From Eledone cirrhosa (lineage: Eukaryota): a stretch of 64,000 nt of DNA. A model generated the notes under the pieces. The model saw only the letters and a list, made by a program, of their open reading frames with translations. It did not search any database and was not told where the DNA came from. The stretch spans positions 106,144,001 to 106,208,000 of the forward strand of contig OZ024742.1 of the NCBI GenBank assembly GCA_964016885.1. The letters run 5' to 3'. Positions 24,975 to 39,463 of the stretch are shown here, piece after piece. The translations under genes were made by a program, and so were the position numbers. Every line of letters starts with the position of its first letter. Position 1 is the first letter of the stretch.

Positions 24975-25025
24975 TCCTCGTGCAATGGCCATACTCGATA
25001 ACGAGGGGGCAGCCATCATATGTAT
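24975..25025 (+). mobile_element. 3'-terminal stub of an RTE-type LINE with TATG tail; same stub at 35521-35610 and 36408-36460
   Basis: TCGTGCAATGGCCATACTCGATAACGAGGGGGCAGCCATCAT occurs three times in the window. Confidence 0.7.
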
Positions 25026-25227
25026 GTGTATATATGCATTTTAAGAGGATGTGTATGTGCGTGTGCATATGTTTATGTGTGTATGCATATATGCGCATCG
25101 CATAACGTAAATGTATGTGCGCCTGTTATACGTATGTACGTCTGTTTATAATAGATGTACATACGTATATACGTATATATATATATCTATATATATAAAT
25201 ATATATAAATACGTATATACGTGTATA

Positions 25228-25279
<52 letters not shown>

Positions 25280-25352
25280 AACATACACACACACACACTT
25301 ATACACACACACATATATATATGTATATATATATAACCTTCATATCATGTCC

Positions 25353-25423
25353 TATTTTATCTGATGAAAACACAAATGTTATTGCATGATGATAATTGTT
25401 TTTGAAATGCGCATAATAAAATA
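25353..25423 (+). ncRNA. Type I hammerhead ribozyme, same stem I as 11807-11871
   Basis: UAUUUUAU-CUGAUGA-AAACA...UGUUUUU-GAAA-UGCGCA-UA-AUAAAAUA. Confidence 0.78.
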
Positions 25424-25547
25424 CATGGAACTCATTTAACCATCTTTTGATCTTATATATTATGTATACTCCAGTCCTACAAAATTGTAGAGTGCTTCTT
25501 ATCCGATATCTGCATTGCTTTATTGTACTACAATAAAACTCACCTCC

Positions 25548-25578
<31 letters not shown>

Positions 25579-25911
25579 TTATTTATATATATACTCAGAT
25601 GTGTGTATGTATGAGTAATTGTGTCTATATATCTGTATGCGTGTGTGTTAAAAATAGTTTGTGAGTGTAGCAAGAGAGATGTAAAAATATCAAGAGATGG
25701 TTCCACTAGTTTTGACCGGATCACATAAATTTTATCCAGCTATCTGCTGCATTTTATACACTTTACTTCCTCTGCTTGTCGGTTTGTCTGTCTGTCAGTC
25801 GGTCTGCCCCATTGTCTCTCTATCTTCCTCTCTCCTCCTCCCTGCTATTACCTATCTGCCTGCTATGCCTGATTATATACAAATAAATATGCATATGAAG
25901 ACATTCTCTCT

Positions 25912-25990
<79 letters not shown>

Positions 25991-26029
25991 GAGCATAAAC
26001 GAACTAAGGGAAAAGTTAGAAATAAGAGG

Positions 26030-26280
26030 GATCAGATGTTGTTTACTCGAGAGAAGACTACGTTGGTATGGTCAGGTGATGCGCATGAAAAACGACAGCT
26101 CTATAAAAAAGTGCAGGGCAATAAAAATAGACGGTAGCCACGGAGTAGGCAGACCCAGAAAAATCTGGGACGACTTGATAAATTCCGACCTCACACACTT
26201 ACACCTCTCCAAGACAATGTTACTGGACCGAGATCTTTGGCGCTACACAGTAATAGAGAAGACCCGCCTTACCTAAGTAC
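26030..26280 (+). pseudogene. RTE-clade LINE ORF 3' end
   Basis: RLRWYGQVMRM..SIKKCRAIKIDGSHGVGRPRKIWDDLINSDL..DRDLWR, a typical RTE C-terminus. Confidence 0.75.
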
Positions 26281-26429
26281 AAAGTGAAACCTACTACAGT
26301 CAGTAGGCACCTCTAACAAAAATACACCCCCACCCCATCCACACCACCCCTTTCAATGTAAAGTTATGTTGGTACCACAACAGTCCGAAACAAATGAGGT
26401 CGTGTAGGTGTCACGACAAAAAACACACA

Positions 26430-26653
26430 GTCCACGCTGTAATGTGGCCGTGTAGGTAACACGGTAAAAACTTCCCAGTCCACACTGTAAACGTCGTTGG
26501 TGTTAGGAAGGGCATCCAGCCGTAGAAAACCCACCAGACAGTCCTATGCGAGCAAGACAACCACTCTTGCCTCAAGTGGGAAAACTCCCGTTCATACCCA
26601 TGCAAGCGTGGAATATGGACGTTAAACGATGATGATGATGATGATGATGATGA

Positions 26654-26656
<3 letters not shown>
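26430..26656 (+). mobile_element. Retroposon 3' end with (GAT)n tail; related copy at 40490-40720 (-)
   Basis: TAGGAAGGGCATCCAGCCGTAGAAA...GGACGTTAAACGATGATG. Confidence 0.65.
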
Positions 26657-26689
<33 letters not shown>

Positions 26690-26696
<7 letters not shown>

Positions 26697-27008
26697 TAAC
26701 AGATTAAAGTTTAAGCAAAGAATCGCTGATTTCAGCTTTAACGGGATCTTCTGAAATTAAAAAAGTCAATCTGTAAACGCAGAAGTAAATATTTAAAAAA
26801 AAAAAAAAAAAAAAAAAAATTCTGCATTCACAGATTGACTTTTTTTAGTTTCAGAAGATCCCGTTAAGAGTGAAAGCAGCGGTTATTTGCTTAAACTATA
26901 ATCTGTTATTTTAATAAATATTTGTTCTATGGTTCTTATATATCTGATATATATTTATCCTTATCGAGCCCTCTTTGGATTTTAGTCTTCAAATTTATTA
27001 TTATTACT
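26690..27008 (+). mobile_element. Penelope-like fold-back insertion (arms 26690-26785 and 26819-26915, poly-A in the spacer, single tail)
   Basis: Reverse-complementary arms; (TA)n on both sides. Confidence 0.82.
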
Positions 27009-27022
27009 ATATATATATATAT

Positions 27023-27226
27023 ATAGGAAAAAGTATGACTCCGACGGCAGAGCTCAAGCCGTTTCGACGGCTATTTCTGGACTAAAAAGTCCAGAAATAT
27101 CCGTCGAAACGGCTCGAGCTCTGCTGTCGGGGTCATACTTTTTTTCCTATTACCCACTCTACTACCCTAAGTATTGAGTACTCTGGTGTGTTATGGTCCA
27201 TCTGGTTCCTTACCACATCTCCTTCG

Positions 27227-27229
<3 letters not shown>
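27023..27229 (+). mobile_element. Penelope-like family H fold-back insertion
   Basis: Arms 27023-27083 and 27088-27150, then a ~80-bp tail; (TA)n flanks. Confidence 0.85.
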
Positions 27230-27263
<34 letters not shown>

Positions 27264-27325
27264 TTAGAACCCTGTAACCATTAAGCTCTAAGTATAAAGT
27301 ACAAATAAATACTGAGCCGATTAAC

Positions 27326-27405
27326 AATATATAGTAAGAAACACAGTAAACCGTGTGTCCAAAATATTTTGGACACACGGTTTACTGTGTTTCTTACTAT
27401 ATATT
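27326..27405. repeat. Perfect 80-bp palindrome with no spacer
   Basis: AATATATAGTAAGAAACACAGTAAACCGTGTGTCCAAAAT|ATTTTGGACACACGG... Confidence 0.95.
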
Positions 27406-27499
27406 ATATATATATATATATAGAAAGAGAGATGAGATTCTACTTACTGTGGTTACCTCCGATACAACCCGGAATAACTTACCTATATATATATATAGG

Positions 27500-27537
<38 letters not shown>

Positions 27538-28162
27538 GTGTGTGTGTGTGTGTATGTATGTATATAGCGGAGGATCAATGTAGGTGTATATATTTGTGAG
27601 TATGTGATGAGTGTCTTTGGAGCTGACTCTGTTTAAACCTATACCAGATTTTCACACAAATTCCCTCTCCGTATCATCACTATGATTAGTACACTGAAGC
27701 AATGTAAGAATGAAGTTGATAAAAAGTGGGATATAAGTTATAAGTATCAAGTTTATTGCCAAATTCCAGATTGTATTGTTGGGTAGATTTGTATATAGTA
27801 AATGATAAGGCGACTTATCAGTAAAGTTGTATTCAACGTAGTAGGTAGAATAGATTTTCACAATTATCAGGTTGATTCCTTGGTGTATCACCTCTTATGA
27901 TTACTTTATTATTTGTTTTGGATCTTTCTATGAAGAGAAGCTTGGAAATTAACACCAGGCAGTATGAAATAATTTTTTATGTAATAATACAGATTCCACG
28001 GGCTATTATGTAACACATCGAAACACGTGTTAGAATCATCTATAATCAATAAATGAATTAATGAGCACAAACATATATCCGTCTGTGCTTTTACTATAAC
28101 TCTATTTCTCTCTCTCTTTTTCTCTCTCTTTCTCTCCCACTCTCTCTCTATATATAGATGCA

Positions 28163-28308
<146 letters not shown>

Positions 28309-28321
28309 AATATATGTATGT

Positions 28322-28390
<69 letters not shown>

Positions 28391-28406
28391 TATACATATG
28401 TATATA

Positions 28407-28470
<64 letters not shown>

Positions 28471-28574
28471 CATATATATATATATGTATATATATGTATA
28501 TATATATACATATGTATATATATATATATATATGCGTATATATATATATATATATATACATATATATACATATA

Positions 28575-28633
<59 letters not shown>

Positions 28634-28724
28634 CACATACACCAATTAAACAAAGTCACAGGTATATATTAGATGATGTATATATATATTATCAAATAAT
28701 TCTCTGGACATGCTTTACTCTATA

Positions 28725-28778
<54 letters not shown>

Positions 28779-30832
28779 TCGCTTGTCGCCTGTTTTAGAT
28801 TATTCAGCGAGGCCAAACTCCACTTTACTGATGCTATTTTCTAATGGTCATGGTATTCTCCATCAAATGTATTACAGCTCCAAAAGAGATGGTATAAGAT
28901 AGAAATACTTCAAGTATTTTAATGCAATACTGTATACCTACAACAACGTCCTCATATATTTCTTACATTTGTACCTTCTCATTTCCAACTCTTTCACATA
29001 TAAAGGAAAAGACCACAAAAACCATATTTGGATTGCCAGTAATTGTTAGGAAATATTTTCTTAACGTTTTAGCGTGGTTTGTATCCATCCACGCCCAGTC
29101 TGAACTTTTGAAATGCATGTTACTTAGGCCTTGTCATAACAAACGGTTGCTATTATAAATATAGAAACTAGCTTATACTATCCGATAACTACATATGGAT
29201 ATATGTATGTATGTTCAGGTTTTATAAATTTTTCATAAATTTTTACTAATAAAATTTTTACTAATAGAAAGAGAAAGAGAGAGTCGGTTTCTAACATAGA
29301 CACAAGACTCTCATTGGAATTTAGACAACATCAACTAGGTAGATATATATGCTGGTCTGCTGCGTGCGTGTGAGTGCAGGTATGGATGTTATTGTATGTG
29401 TGGATGTAGATGTTTTGAGTTATATGTTTACATGTGCATATGTTTTGTATCAGTACATGTGTACATGCAGTTATTACATGCAGAATTTTTGGAATGTTTT
29501 ACATACTTTTATTGTTCCAGCTTTCGTATTTACTAGTTACTTATTTATATATACATTTGGATGAGTGTGTGTATACAGAGCTAGATAGCTAATTTAGTAC
29601 GTTACCAGTGAGGCATAGGCGGCGAAATGACTGAATTGTTAGAACGCTAGATAGAATGTCTTAGATATTCGTTCCGGCTCTCTACTCTCTGAGTTCAAAT
29701 CCTGTCGAGGTCAACTTTGCTTTTCATCCTTTCGAGTTCGTAAGTACCAGTCTAGTACTAGGGTCGATTCTACCTCTATATCTCTTTCTCATTTCCTCTC
29801 TCTCACTTTCTCTCTTTCTCTGGAAGAAATCTGCTGAAGTCAGGCCTGGAGAAGGATGGGCCCCGCTAGGCTTAAAATGCCCAAGAAATGCCACATTTCA
29901 ATACGATGCCCCTACGACTCTATCAGGAGTTACGGGATCATACTATCAATGAAGCAAACGTTGGACAAAAACTTGTTTTCTTGCAGTGAAATGTATGAAC
30001 AATGCTGACAGTTAATTCATCAATCTAATCAGTACTTTTAACCCCTTTCCCAGGCACCTTGGCTTGAGAAAAGTTTAAAAAGCAACAGCAACAAGAGCAC
30101 CAAATACTAACCTGTCGCTATTCAACAACATAAACCTTTAACCACCAATTTATTTCACACCTTCTCATCCCGCACCCCTCTGCATCAACTGTCATAAACA
30201 CTGCTTGGCATTCTACATTGCTGGTGTTGGCAGCTGGAAATATTGAACCTTCCTACTCTCTCTTCCTCTACTATCTTTCTGTAAACAACATCTTCACTAC
30301 ATACCAAAATCACCCGACCACCACTACCACTGCCGCCGTTGTATTACTAATATTACTATTATATTACTACATGATATTTACTATGCTAGTAATATAACCA
30401 CCACTGCGCCACATCTTTCACCACTATTGTCTTCAAAACTACTAAAATACTATCTTAACATCACCAAACACTATATGACTACTACCATTACTAGTATCAT
30501 CACCCTTTTCACCACTATCACTAACACAACACAGCTATTACCTATACTACATCGCCACTACTACCCTCACCACTACACCAGTAATACCAACATGATCACT
30601 GAGCACACCAAGAACATTAACATTGTAACTACTACCAATATATATACCAGTTCCAACAGGATTATTATCAGCACCACCAGCACCATCACCCACACCACCA
30701 CCGCCACCTCCACTTTCAATACTGTCATGGCCACCGCGAATATATATATGAATACATACATATTTAAGTGCATTTATCCGTGCACTTCTTGCATATAGCA
30801 AACTTCCCCAGACCACACCACCATGCATAGAA

Positions 30833-30877
<45 letters not shown>

Positions 30878-30878
30878 T

Positions 30879-30910
<32 letters not shown>

Positions 30911-31146
30911 TCTATCTACAGACTATAGCCATCTGCTTGGTTTATTACCTAAGTCTTTATTAGTCTTCGATTCTTAAACTATTTACTAATAAATGACAAT
31001 CGCTGCCAAATTTCGGTTTTTATTCCATTAAATCTATTGAGATACAATGGTCTCTTTTTACCCCTGTCATTTTCATTTCCCATCGTTCTTTCACTCCCTC
31101 ATCTTTCACTCCCTCATCTTTCACTCCCTCATCTCTATCTCTCTCA

Positions 31147-31202
<56 letters not shown>

Positions 31203-31215
31203 ATCTCTCTATCTA

Positions 31216-31252
<37 letters not shown>

Positions 31253-31258
31253 GATATA

Positions 31259-31362
31259 ATAATTGTTTCTACTTTTGGCACAAGGCCAGCAAATACCCAG
31301 TGCATTACTGGTACTTTATTTTATCGACCCCCCGTAAGGATGAAAGGCAAAGTTAACCTCGA
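31259..31362 (-). mobile_element. 5'-truncated SINE family A
   Basis: Homology to the 10185-10378 copy. Confidence 0.8.
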
Positions 31363-31480
31363 CACGATATTTATATATATAATAAACATGTATAAATCTC
31401 GCTATGAATGGTTCAGTATGTCGTATATATATCTTCCTATATGATATACTCCTATTACGAACCACGCTATGTTAGTGGCA

Positions 31481-31572
<92 letters not shown>

Positions 31573-31802
31573 GAGAGAGAGAGAGAGGGAGAGAGAGAGA
31601 GAGAGAGAGACAATGAGTATTTAAATGTACAATCTCTACTGTCAAATTATGTGCAGTTCTTTTCTCAACATCGTAGATGACTTGTTGAAATATGCCATTA
31701 TGCATGCTTGATGGAAAGGTCATCGGGTGCGAGATATATATGCCTGTCTATAAATCGTCACTCATATTACGTGTGTGTGTGTGTGTATATACACACAGAC
31801 AT

Positions 31803-31841
<39 letters not shown>

Positions 31842-32357
31842 CGCACACACACTTCATCATGATCATCATCATCACGCACGTAATTCGATGGAAAATTACA
31901 CAAACGTCATATCAATGTGTGCATGCATGTGGAGAATATAAATACACACACACTCACACTGATATGCATATATACATGTATATACACATGTGTATGTGTG
32001 CATGTATATATGTATTTATATATGTATATATCTTTATATGCATGTGTATGTATATATATATATATAGTGTGTGTGTATGTAAGTATATATCTTTATATAT
32101 GTATGTGCGTGTGTCTATGATCTATAATTTAGCGATTCATTCTACCACAGAACTAATAAACTAATTTGAGCCAATGTTGTGGTCGTTTGACGTTCTAAAA
32201 ATAGCAGCTATATCTCCACATATCACACCTTATTGTTTTAAAAAGAGAAAGGCGTATTGATTAATATTGTCTTAGATCAGTATGCCCGAAAAATACGGAA
32301 TAATTACGGATGTAATTGTTTTGTTTACAAATCTGCCGGTTTAGGTCTTACTTGGAG

Positions 32358-32536
32358 TTCTTCTTCGCCCACTTATTCCTGAGAACGTCGTGGGGGCAGA
32401 GTCCTCAAACACTCCCTCAAGCGGGTCCTGTCAAAAGTAACCGTCTCCAACCTATCCGGCTGTATCCGCAAGCGTGACCAGCCAAGCTCATGGATGGTAT
32501 CCAACCATCTTGCTCAGGGTCTACTCCTGGGTTTCC
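32358..32536 (-). pseudogene. RTE-like LINE 3' end with (GAA)n tail
   Basis: Minus strand encodes KPRSRP*ARWLDTIHELGWSRLRIQP..DRTRLR..LPPR. Confidence 0.6.
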
Positions 32537-33054
32537 TAACTTATCTGGAGATAAACAACAATAATTCGACCAGATCGCAATGATTTTTCTTCGGTTCTCG
32601 TAGCTTCATATTCTGTCTTAAGATTACAAACACAGAACTATTTAAAAATAAAACAAAACATATTTTTCATAGGTCTATTAAAACATTTTTGTTATGTTTT
32701 CCTGATGTTTATTGGTAGCTCTTTAGAAAGACATAAAATCCATGCTTTATGCACGTATTTTCATGGCGACTTTAGTGCATTTTGTTGTCATGGCAGCATT
32801 TATAGAAGCTTCTATAAATATTTATTACAGTAATTACACTCAGTTCCCATCTAAAATTATATCGTGGAATTAAGGAAAACAAAATCAGTGATGATTATTT
32901 TTCTTTTTGGAATATTAACAATCTCTTAACTGCTAAACTAAATGTTCAACACTCACGCACGCTCTCGGAGAATCAGACGGCGGGGGAAGAGAAAGGGTAT
33001 GTTGGAGAGAAGGGAGAGAGATAGTAGGAAAAAGAATGAGTGAGATATATATAT

Positions 33055-33118
<64 letters not shown>

Positions 33119-34009
33119 GGCATGCGTTTGAGTATATCAACGTGTGGTGGAAAAGTACTGACTACATGCAGATATTTAACAATTATACTATACAATGTTA
33201 CAACACATAATTTAATTGTCAATCTTGAAGTTATATTTTATATTATTTACTCCCTTTCCAGTTCTACTTTCCTGTTCGGATGACAAATCACCATTCTTTA
33301 AATGCTCGTATGTTTTCTTCTTTTGCCCCTATTAGCACCTTTTCACACAATATATTATTAATAATAGCAGCATGGTGGATTGGCAGAAATGGTAGAGAGT
33401 AAAATAAAATGTATTTGCTGTATTCCTTCTGGCTCTTTACATTCTGAGTTCAAATTCCTCCATGGCCGTCTTTGCCTTTTATTTTTCCGAGGTCGATAAA
33501 ATAAAATATCAATCAAGTAATGGAGGATAATTGAATTAACTTTGCCCTATACCCCCACATTTGCTGGCTTTGAGCTTAAATTAGACATCAATATTAATAT
33601 AGAGTTGGACGGCAAATTAACAGAATCGTTAGAACGTGAGATAATATATTAAGTGGTATTTCTCACGGCTCTATACTTTTTGAGTTCAAGTCCCGCTCAG
33701 GTCAACCTTGTCGTTTAAAATAAGGTAAGAGTTGATACAATCAACTTTCTCTGGCCTTGTGCCTAAATTAGAAAACAATGTTAGTTTAAGATTGGAAGGT
33801 GACAGCTTGGCAACGAGGGCGGTTTCTTGGCTAAAATGGCGGAATGGTGAATACACACACAGAGGCGTATTCTGAAAACGCCAACGTTTTGAATACAGAG
33901 ATAACACAAATGACAGAATATTTAATATTAAGTGGTTCTTTATTATGGTCTAAACTGTGATGGCCGAAACAAAATAAATAACTAAAACGAAAGAACACAC
34001 AGACGCACG

Positions 34010-34057
<48 letters not shown>

Positions 34058-34233
34058 AACCACAAACCCTCCATCTCAATTCTACTTTTGAAAAGCATAA
34101 GAACTGTGAAACCGGTAAAGGAAACAAATAAATATTCTTAAAAAGACTCGAGTTGCATTTTCGATTTCATTTTTTTTCCTTATACTCGTGTAGGACATCT
34201 CGTTTTTCTTTTCATAAAAAAAAACCTTATTTT

Positions 34234-34270
<37 letters not shown>

Positions 34271-34275
<5 letters not shown>

Positions 34276-34466
34276 AACGAGTAGGACCCCGACGGCTGAG
34301 CTCAAGCCGTTTCAACAGCTAATTCTGGTCCAGAATTAGCCGTCGAAACGGCTTGAGCTCAGCCGTCGGGGTCCTACTCGTTCCTATTACCCACTCTACT
34401 ACCCTAAGTATTGAGTACTTTGGTGCGTTATGGTCCACCTGGTTCCTTACCACATTTCCTTCGTTA
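34271..34466 (+). mobile_element. Penelope-like family H fold-back insertion
   Basis: Arms 34271-34328 and 34330-34387 plus tail; (TA)n flanks. Confidence 0.87.
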
Positions 34467-35611
34467 TATATATATTCTAATCTGGAATAATGCCCTGTCC
34501 AGGTTTTGCAATACAACTGCCTCACAAAAATGTAACAGAGTGTATATGTCTCTCCTGGTTAACAAGGATGCAAGGCGGGCGAAGCTGACTTTGGTAGAAA
34601 ATGAATTCGGAGAACATTGTGCCGGAAGAAATACCGAAGCATTTTTCATCTGACACTCTAACAGTCCAGTACTGGGGGAGATTCCATTTCTACCCCCCCC
34701 CCCATTCTTCTGGCTTGGATATAGACGAATACCACAAGTTTTTAAATGTTTAAGACACACCATGTATTATAACGGTGCCTCTACGACTCCCTTGCGAGTT
34801 AAGTGTCTTCTACTACTTAGTTAATAAACAACTTACTCTCTTATTATTGCTGTATTTACAGTTGGTTTTCTCTTTCACCAAACTTTCATTTGTTACACCA
34901 CACAATCTATCAAAAAATCCTTGAATTTGCCAAGACTGGTTTTCAATGTTTGGGCATAAAACCAGCATGAAGTGTGTTAGAACGATCAAAACAGTGTTAT
35001 TATAGTAACTTTCTACATATATCTTTGTAGTGCGCCGCTATCCCTATGACATCAGGGCAATCATCAGCAGCACGTGTGTGTACGTATACATGTGTGCGTA
35101 ATGTGTGTTTAATGTCAGTGAACAATGTACTTAGGAAGGATAATAGGGACCCTCTACAGTAGTAAATAAGAACGAAGCAATTTGATGAAGTGTACCACCC
35201 TAATTATATCTCTCCCGCAATCTATCTATCTATTTTCCCTCCTCACTATTACTATTTATTACCCATCTATCAACACCTGTGTATGTGTGTACACGCGTAT
35301 GTATGTATGTATGTATGTATGTATGTATGTATGTATGTATGTATGTATGTATGTATGTATGTATGTATGTATGCATGCATGCATGTATGTATGTATATAT
35401 GTATGTATGTATGTATGTATATATATTATTATTATATGTGTATTATTATTGTTGTTGTTGTTGTTATTATTATTGTTATTATTATTATAATTGTTATTAA
35501 TATATATATATATATTTTTTTTTCTCGTGCAATGGCCATACTCAATAACGAGGGGGCAGCCATCATGTATGTATGTATGTATGTATGTATGTATGTATGT
35601 ATGTATGTATG

Positions 35612-36070
35612 TAGAGATCTCTCTGCACTTGTCAGATGGTACCATGGGCCCAGCACTATGTGTCAATAATTGTCACAAGTGTAGTGTTTGTACCAGAGTT
35701 TTCAAGTCGCTGGCTGGACTAAAAAGTCACACTCGTTCAGCGCATCGGTAGGAGTTCTCCTACATGGATATAAAGTAGTGGCCGTACTCGGAAACGAGTT
35801 GGCAGCCACCATGTATGCATGTATGTATGCATGTATGCATGCATGTATGTATGTATGTATGTATGTATGCATGCATGTATGCATGTATGTATGCATGTAT
35901 GTATGTATGCATGCATGTATGTATGCATGTATGCATGTATGTATGCATGTATGTATGTATGTATGCATGCATGTATGTATGTATACATGCATGTATGCAT
36001 GTATGTATGTATGTATTTATGTATGCATGCATGCATGTATGTATGTATGTATATATGTATGTATGCATGT
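35612..36070 (+). mobile_element. RTE-type LINE 3' end (C2H2 finger) followed by a long TATG/CATG satellite tail
   Basis: HKCSVCTRVFKSLAGLKSHTRSAH, then TGGCCGTACTCGGAAACGAGTTGGCAGCCACCATGTATG. Confidence 0.7.
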
Positions 36071-36607
36071 GTCAGGTCACCAGTTGGTGCTACTGGTAAC
36101 ATGTATCCCAGTACAACCTGTCTCATGGTCGGGTCGTTGGCGACTAAACTGGCAACCCCACCAAGGTTTCTTGGTGAGGAGGGTGACTTTGGACATCCTG
36201 CAGGACTCTAGGAGAAGGAAATGAATGTATGCATGTATGTATGTATGTAGTTACCGATGATGTTGATCTTTTCTTCTTTTCGGATTACAGCCACTGTCGC
36301 TCAGGGTATGGGATTGGCTCAGTACACATACTTTTCTCACTTTAAACAAATCTTTAAGCCCAGGCATTGCACTATAGCATTAATTGATAATTATTAATAA
36401 TGTTATATCGTGCAATGGCCATACTTGATAACGAGGGGGCAGCCAGCATCATGTATGTATGTACGTGTGCATCTCAGTATCTCACTATGCATCGAGTACT
36501 ACCCTGATTGCTAGTCTTGCCAGTCTTCTAGAGTTAAAGTTGATCATATCGAGCATCGGCACTTATCGATCTCTATAACCGCTAGGATACGGAATATTAC
36601 GCACACA

Positions 36608-36689
<82 letters not shown>

Positions 36690-38028
36690 GGAAGCTGAGA
36701 CGCAATAAATAACTGCTACTACAGTCAGTTGATATGAGAGAGCTTATAAATATTGGGTAAAATCCACGAGAGAGGATAGAAATGGTAAGAAAACAATTTT
36801 TACTTTTAATTTTATACGGTATCTTCGGAAATATATTAGTGTAAGACAGAACAAAGAAAAGACACAAAAGAACAAATTAGTTACTGAGGAGGTCACAGAA
36901 TGTGTGGCGAAGTAGCTTTGACAATAAGTAAACAACCATCCGGTTATAAAACCAACCGACCGAAAATTTGTAATAAATTGAAATGAAAACCAATATATAT
37001 ATTTATATATATATTCGATCCCCTCAGACATTTCCATCGACTTTATTCCGTGTTGCAAGGGGTGCTTTTCCCTGATTTATTAAACTATCTTTTATAGTTA
37101 ACTGCATTGCATCCGCTTCCCAATGAAGCTAATATATTTTCAAATTTCATATATATGTGTGCGTATATAACTCGATAGATATGCTCTAGGTCGACCATCC
37201 AGAAATAGCAGCAACCAAATTTTACTCATTGTAATTGCCTCCATAAATACATCATCAACGCTATCACGATGAATAACCATCAGAAACCATCAGAAACTCT
37301 GAAAACCATAGCTAAAAGAACCACCACCAATATGAATCACTATTATCCATAACCGGCGCCACTAACACCCTACTAACCCGACAACCACAGACACAAGTGG
37401 ATGCAGCATAGCTGCATCGTTAAGTGGTTCGATTCTCAATCGTTATGTCCCGAGTTCGATCTCAGTGTGTGGCATATTGGGCAGGTGCTATTTAGTTCAA
37501 TCCGGAAGCTGTTTGGAAGTTCGTCGTGTGGACTGCACATGTAATTCAAGGAGCCAGCCTTGTCATATACTGGGTTCTGCTGAACCCCACTTCGTTTGGA
37601 ATTACGTTGTGGATACACTTTTCGGCGGAATGCTTAGACACTTACATGTTAATTCCACGAGAAGGCTGTTCTGTTGACCGAGAAATTGAAACACTCCTCG
37701 TCGAAACCGATGGAGATCCATTCCAGCATAACCACAACCACTACTACTATTACTACAACTAGTACTATTGTACTACCATAAGAACCCAACTCAGCTGTTA
37801 GATTCATTAGCCTCTTTTGTTGAAACTAACCTCTCTGAATATGGGAGACACAATCCCCAGTGTTTCTGTATGCCTGTGTGTGAACATGTGTACATCTGTG
37901 TGAATGTGTGTAAATGTGATAAGCGAAACTGTGTATGTCTGTGAACATGAATATAAGCGTATGCCCTTGTACCAGTGTGAAAATGCCTGTATATCTGTGT
38001 GTGCATGTGTAAATTTAAATGTGAGGGG

Positions 38029-38092
<64 letters not shown>

Positions 38093-38364
38093 GTGTGTGT
38101 GTGTGTGTGTATGTGTGTGTGTGTGTGTCTGTGCATGCTAGTCCAAAAGATTTCACTCTCCAGTTGTTTATATGAAGCTGTTTAGGGGTCTATGTTACGC
38201 AGAGATTTAGAGCTGTTTGGGGGTTTCTTAGTCAATGTTTGTTTTGTATTCCGACTCGACAGTAACTGTACAATATATGTATATATGTACGTGTATGCAC
38301 ACACACACACGCACACACACATATATATATATATATACACACACACACATATATATATGTATAT

Positions 38365-38399
<35 letters not shown>

Positions 38400-38400
38400 A

Positions 38401-38435
<35 letters not shown>

Positions 38436-38514
38436 TATATACATATGCGTATCTATATATACATATCTATCTATATATATATATGTATATACACATACAT
38501 ACATATATATATAA

Positions 38515-38703
38515 TAATTGTTTCTACTTTTGGCACAAGGTCAGCAATTACCCAGTACATTACTGGTACTTTATTTTATCGACCCCCGTAAGGATGAAAG
38601 GCAAAGTTGACCTCGGCGGGATTTGAACTCAGAATAGAAAGGGCCGTAACTCTATGCGTCAAAGCATGACGTCCGACCCTCTACCGATACTGCCAGTCCA
38701 CCA
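38515..38703 (-). mobile_element. SINE family A
   Basis: Full-length homology to the 23466 copy. Confidence 0.87.
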
Positions 38704-38957
38704 TCAACATTACTACTAACTCCACCACCAACAACAACAAACCCACCAAAAGAGCAACAATAAAAAAATAACAACCAGTCAACATCGCTAGAAATAGCTA
38801 CCAAATCTCTTTTCAAATAAAAGGAACCTTCCGATAATGTGGTCAGGGTGCCCTGTACATAATGTTCTATTCGTTTGTAAACAAACAACCCGATTTGAAG
38901 CTGTGCCGTGCCGGTGATAGATCGTCACCTGTTTGTTCAACACTGGCTTTGAGGAAC

Positions 38958-38996
38958 AATCAACATGTTTCTAGGTCATTACTCTTCATCAGGACT
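38958..38996 (-). ncRNA. Minimal hammerhead ribozyme; flank homologous to the 10755 copy
   Basis: Minus strand: AGUC-CUGAUGA-AGAGUAAUGACCUA-GAAA-CAUG-UU-GAUU; downstream CAGTGTTGAACAAAC...TTGTTTGTTTACAAAC is shared with 10806-10876. Confidence 0.68.
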
Positions 38997-39106
38997 TTAT
39001 ATCTCACTGCCAGTCTGTGAACGGATGAGAATATATAGTATTTTCTTAAGTATACATCGGCTGAGTAGACTCATTTGTAAAATATTAAAAATAAAATTAT
39101 AATTTT

Positions 39107-39420
<314 letters not shown>

Positions 39421-39428
39421 CAACATTC

Positions 39429-39459
<31 letters not shown>

Positions 39460-39463
<4 letters not shown>

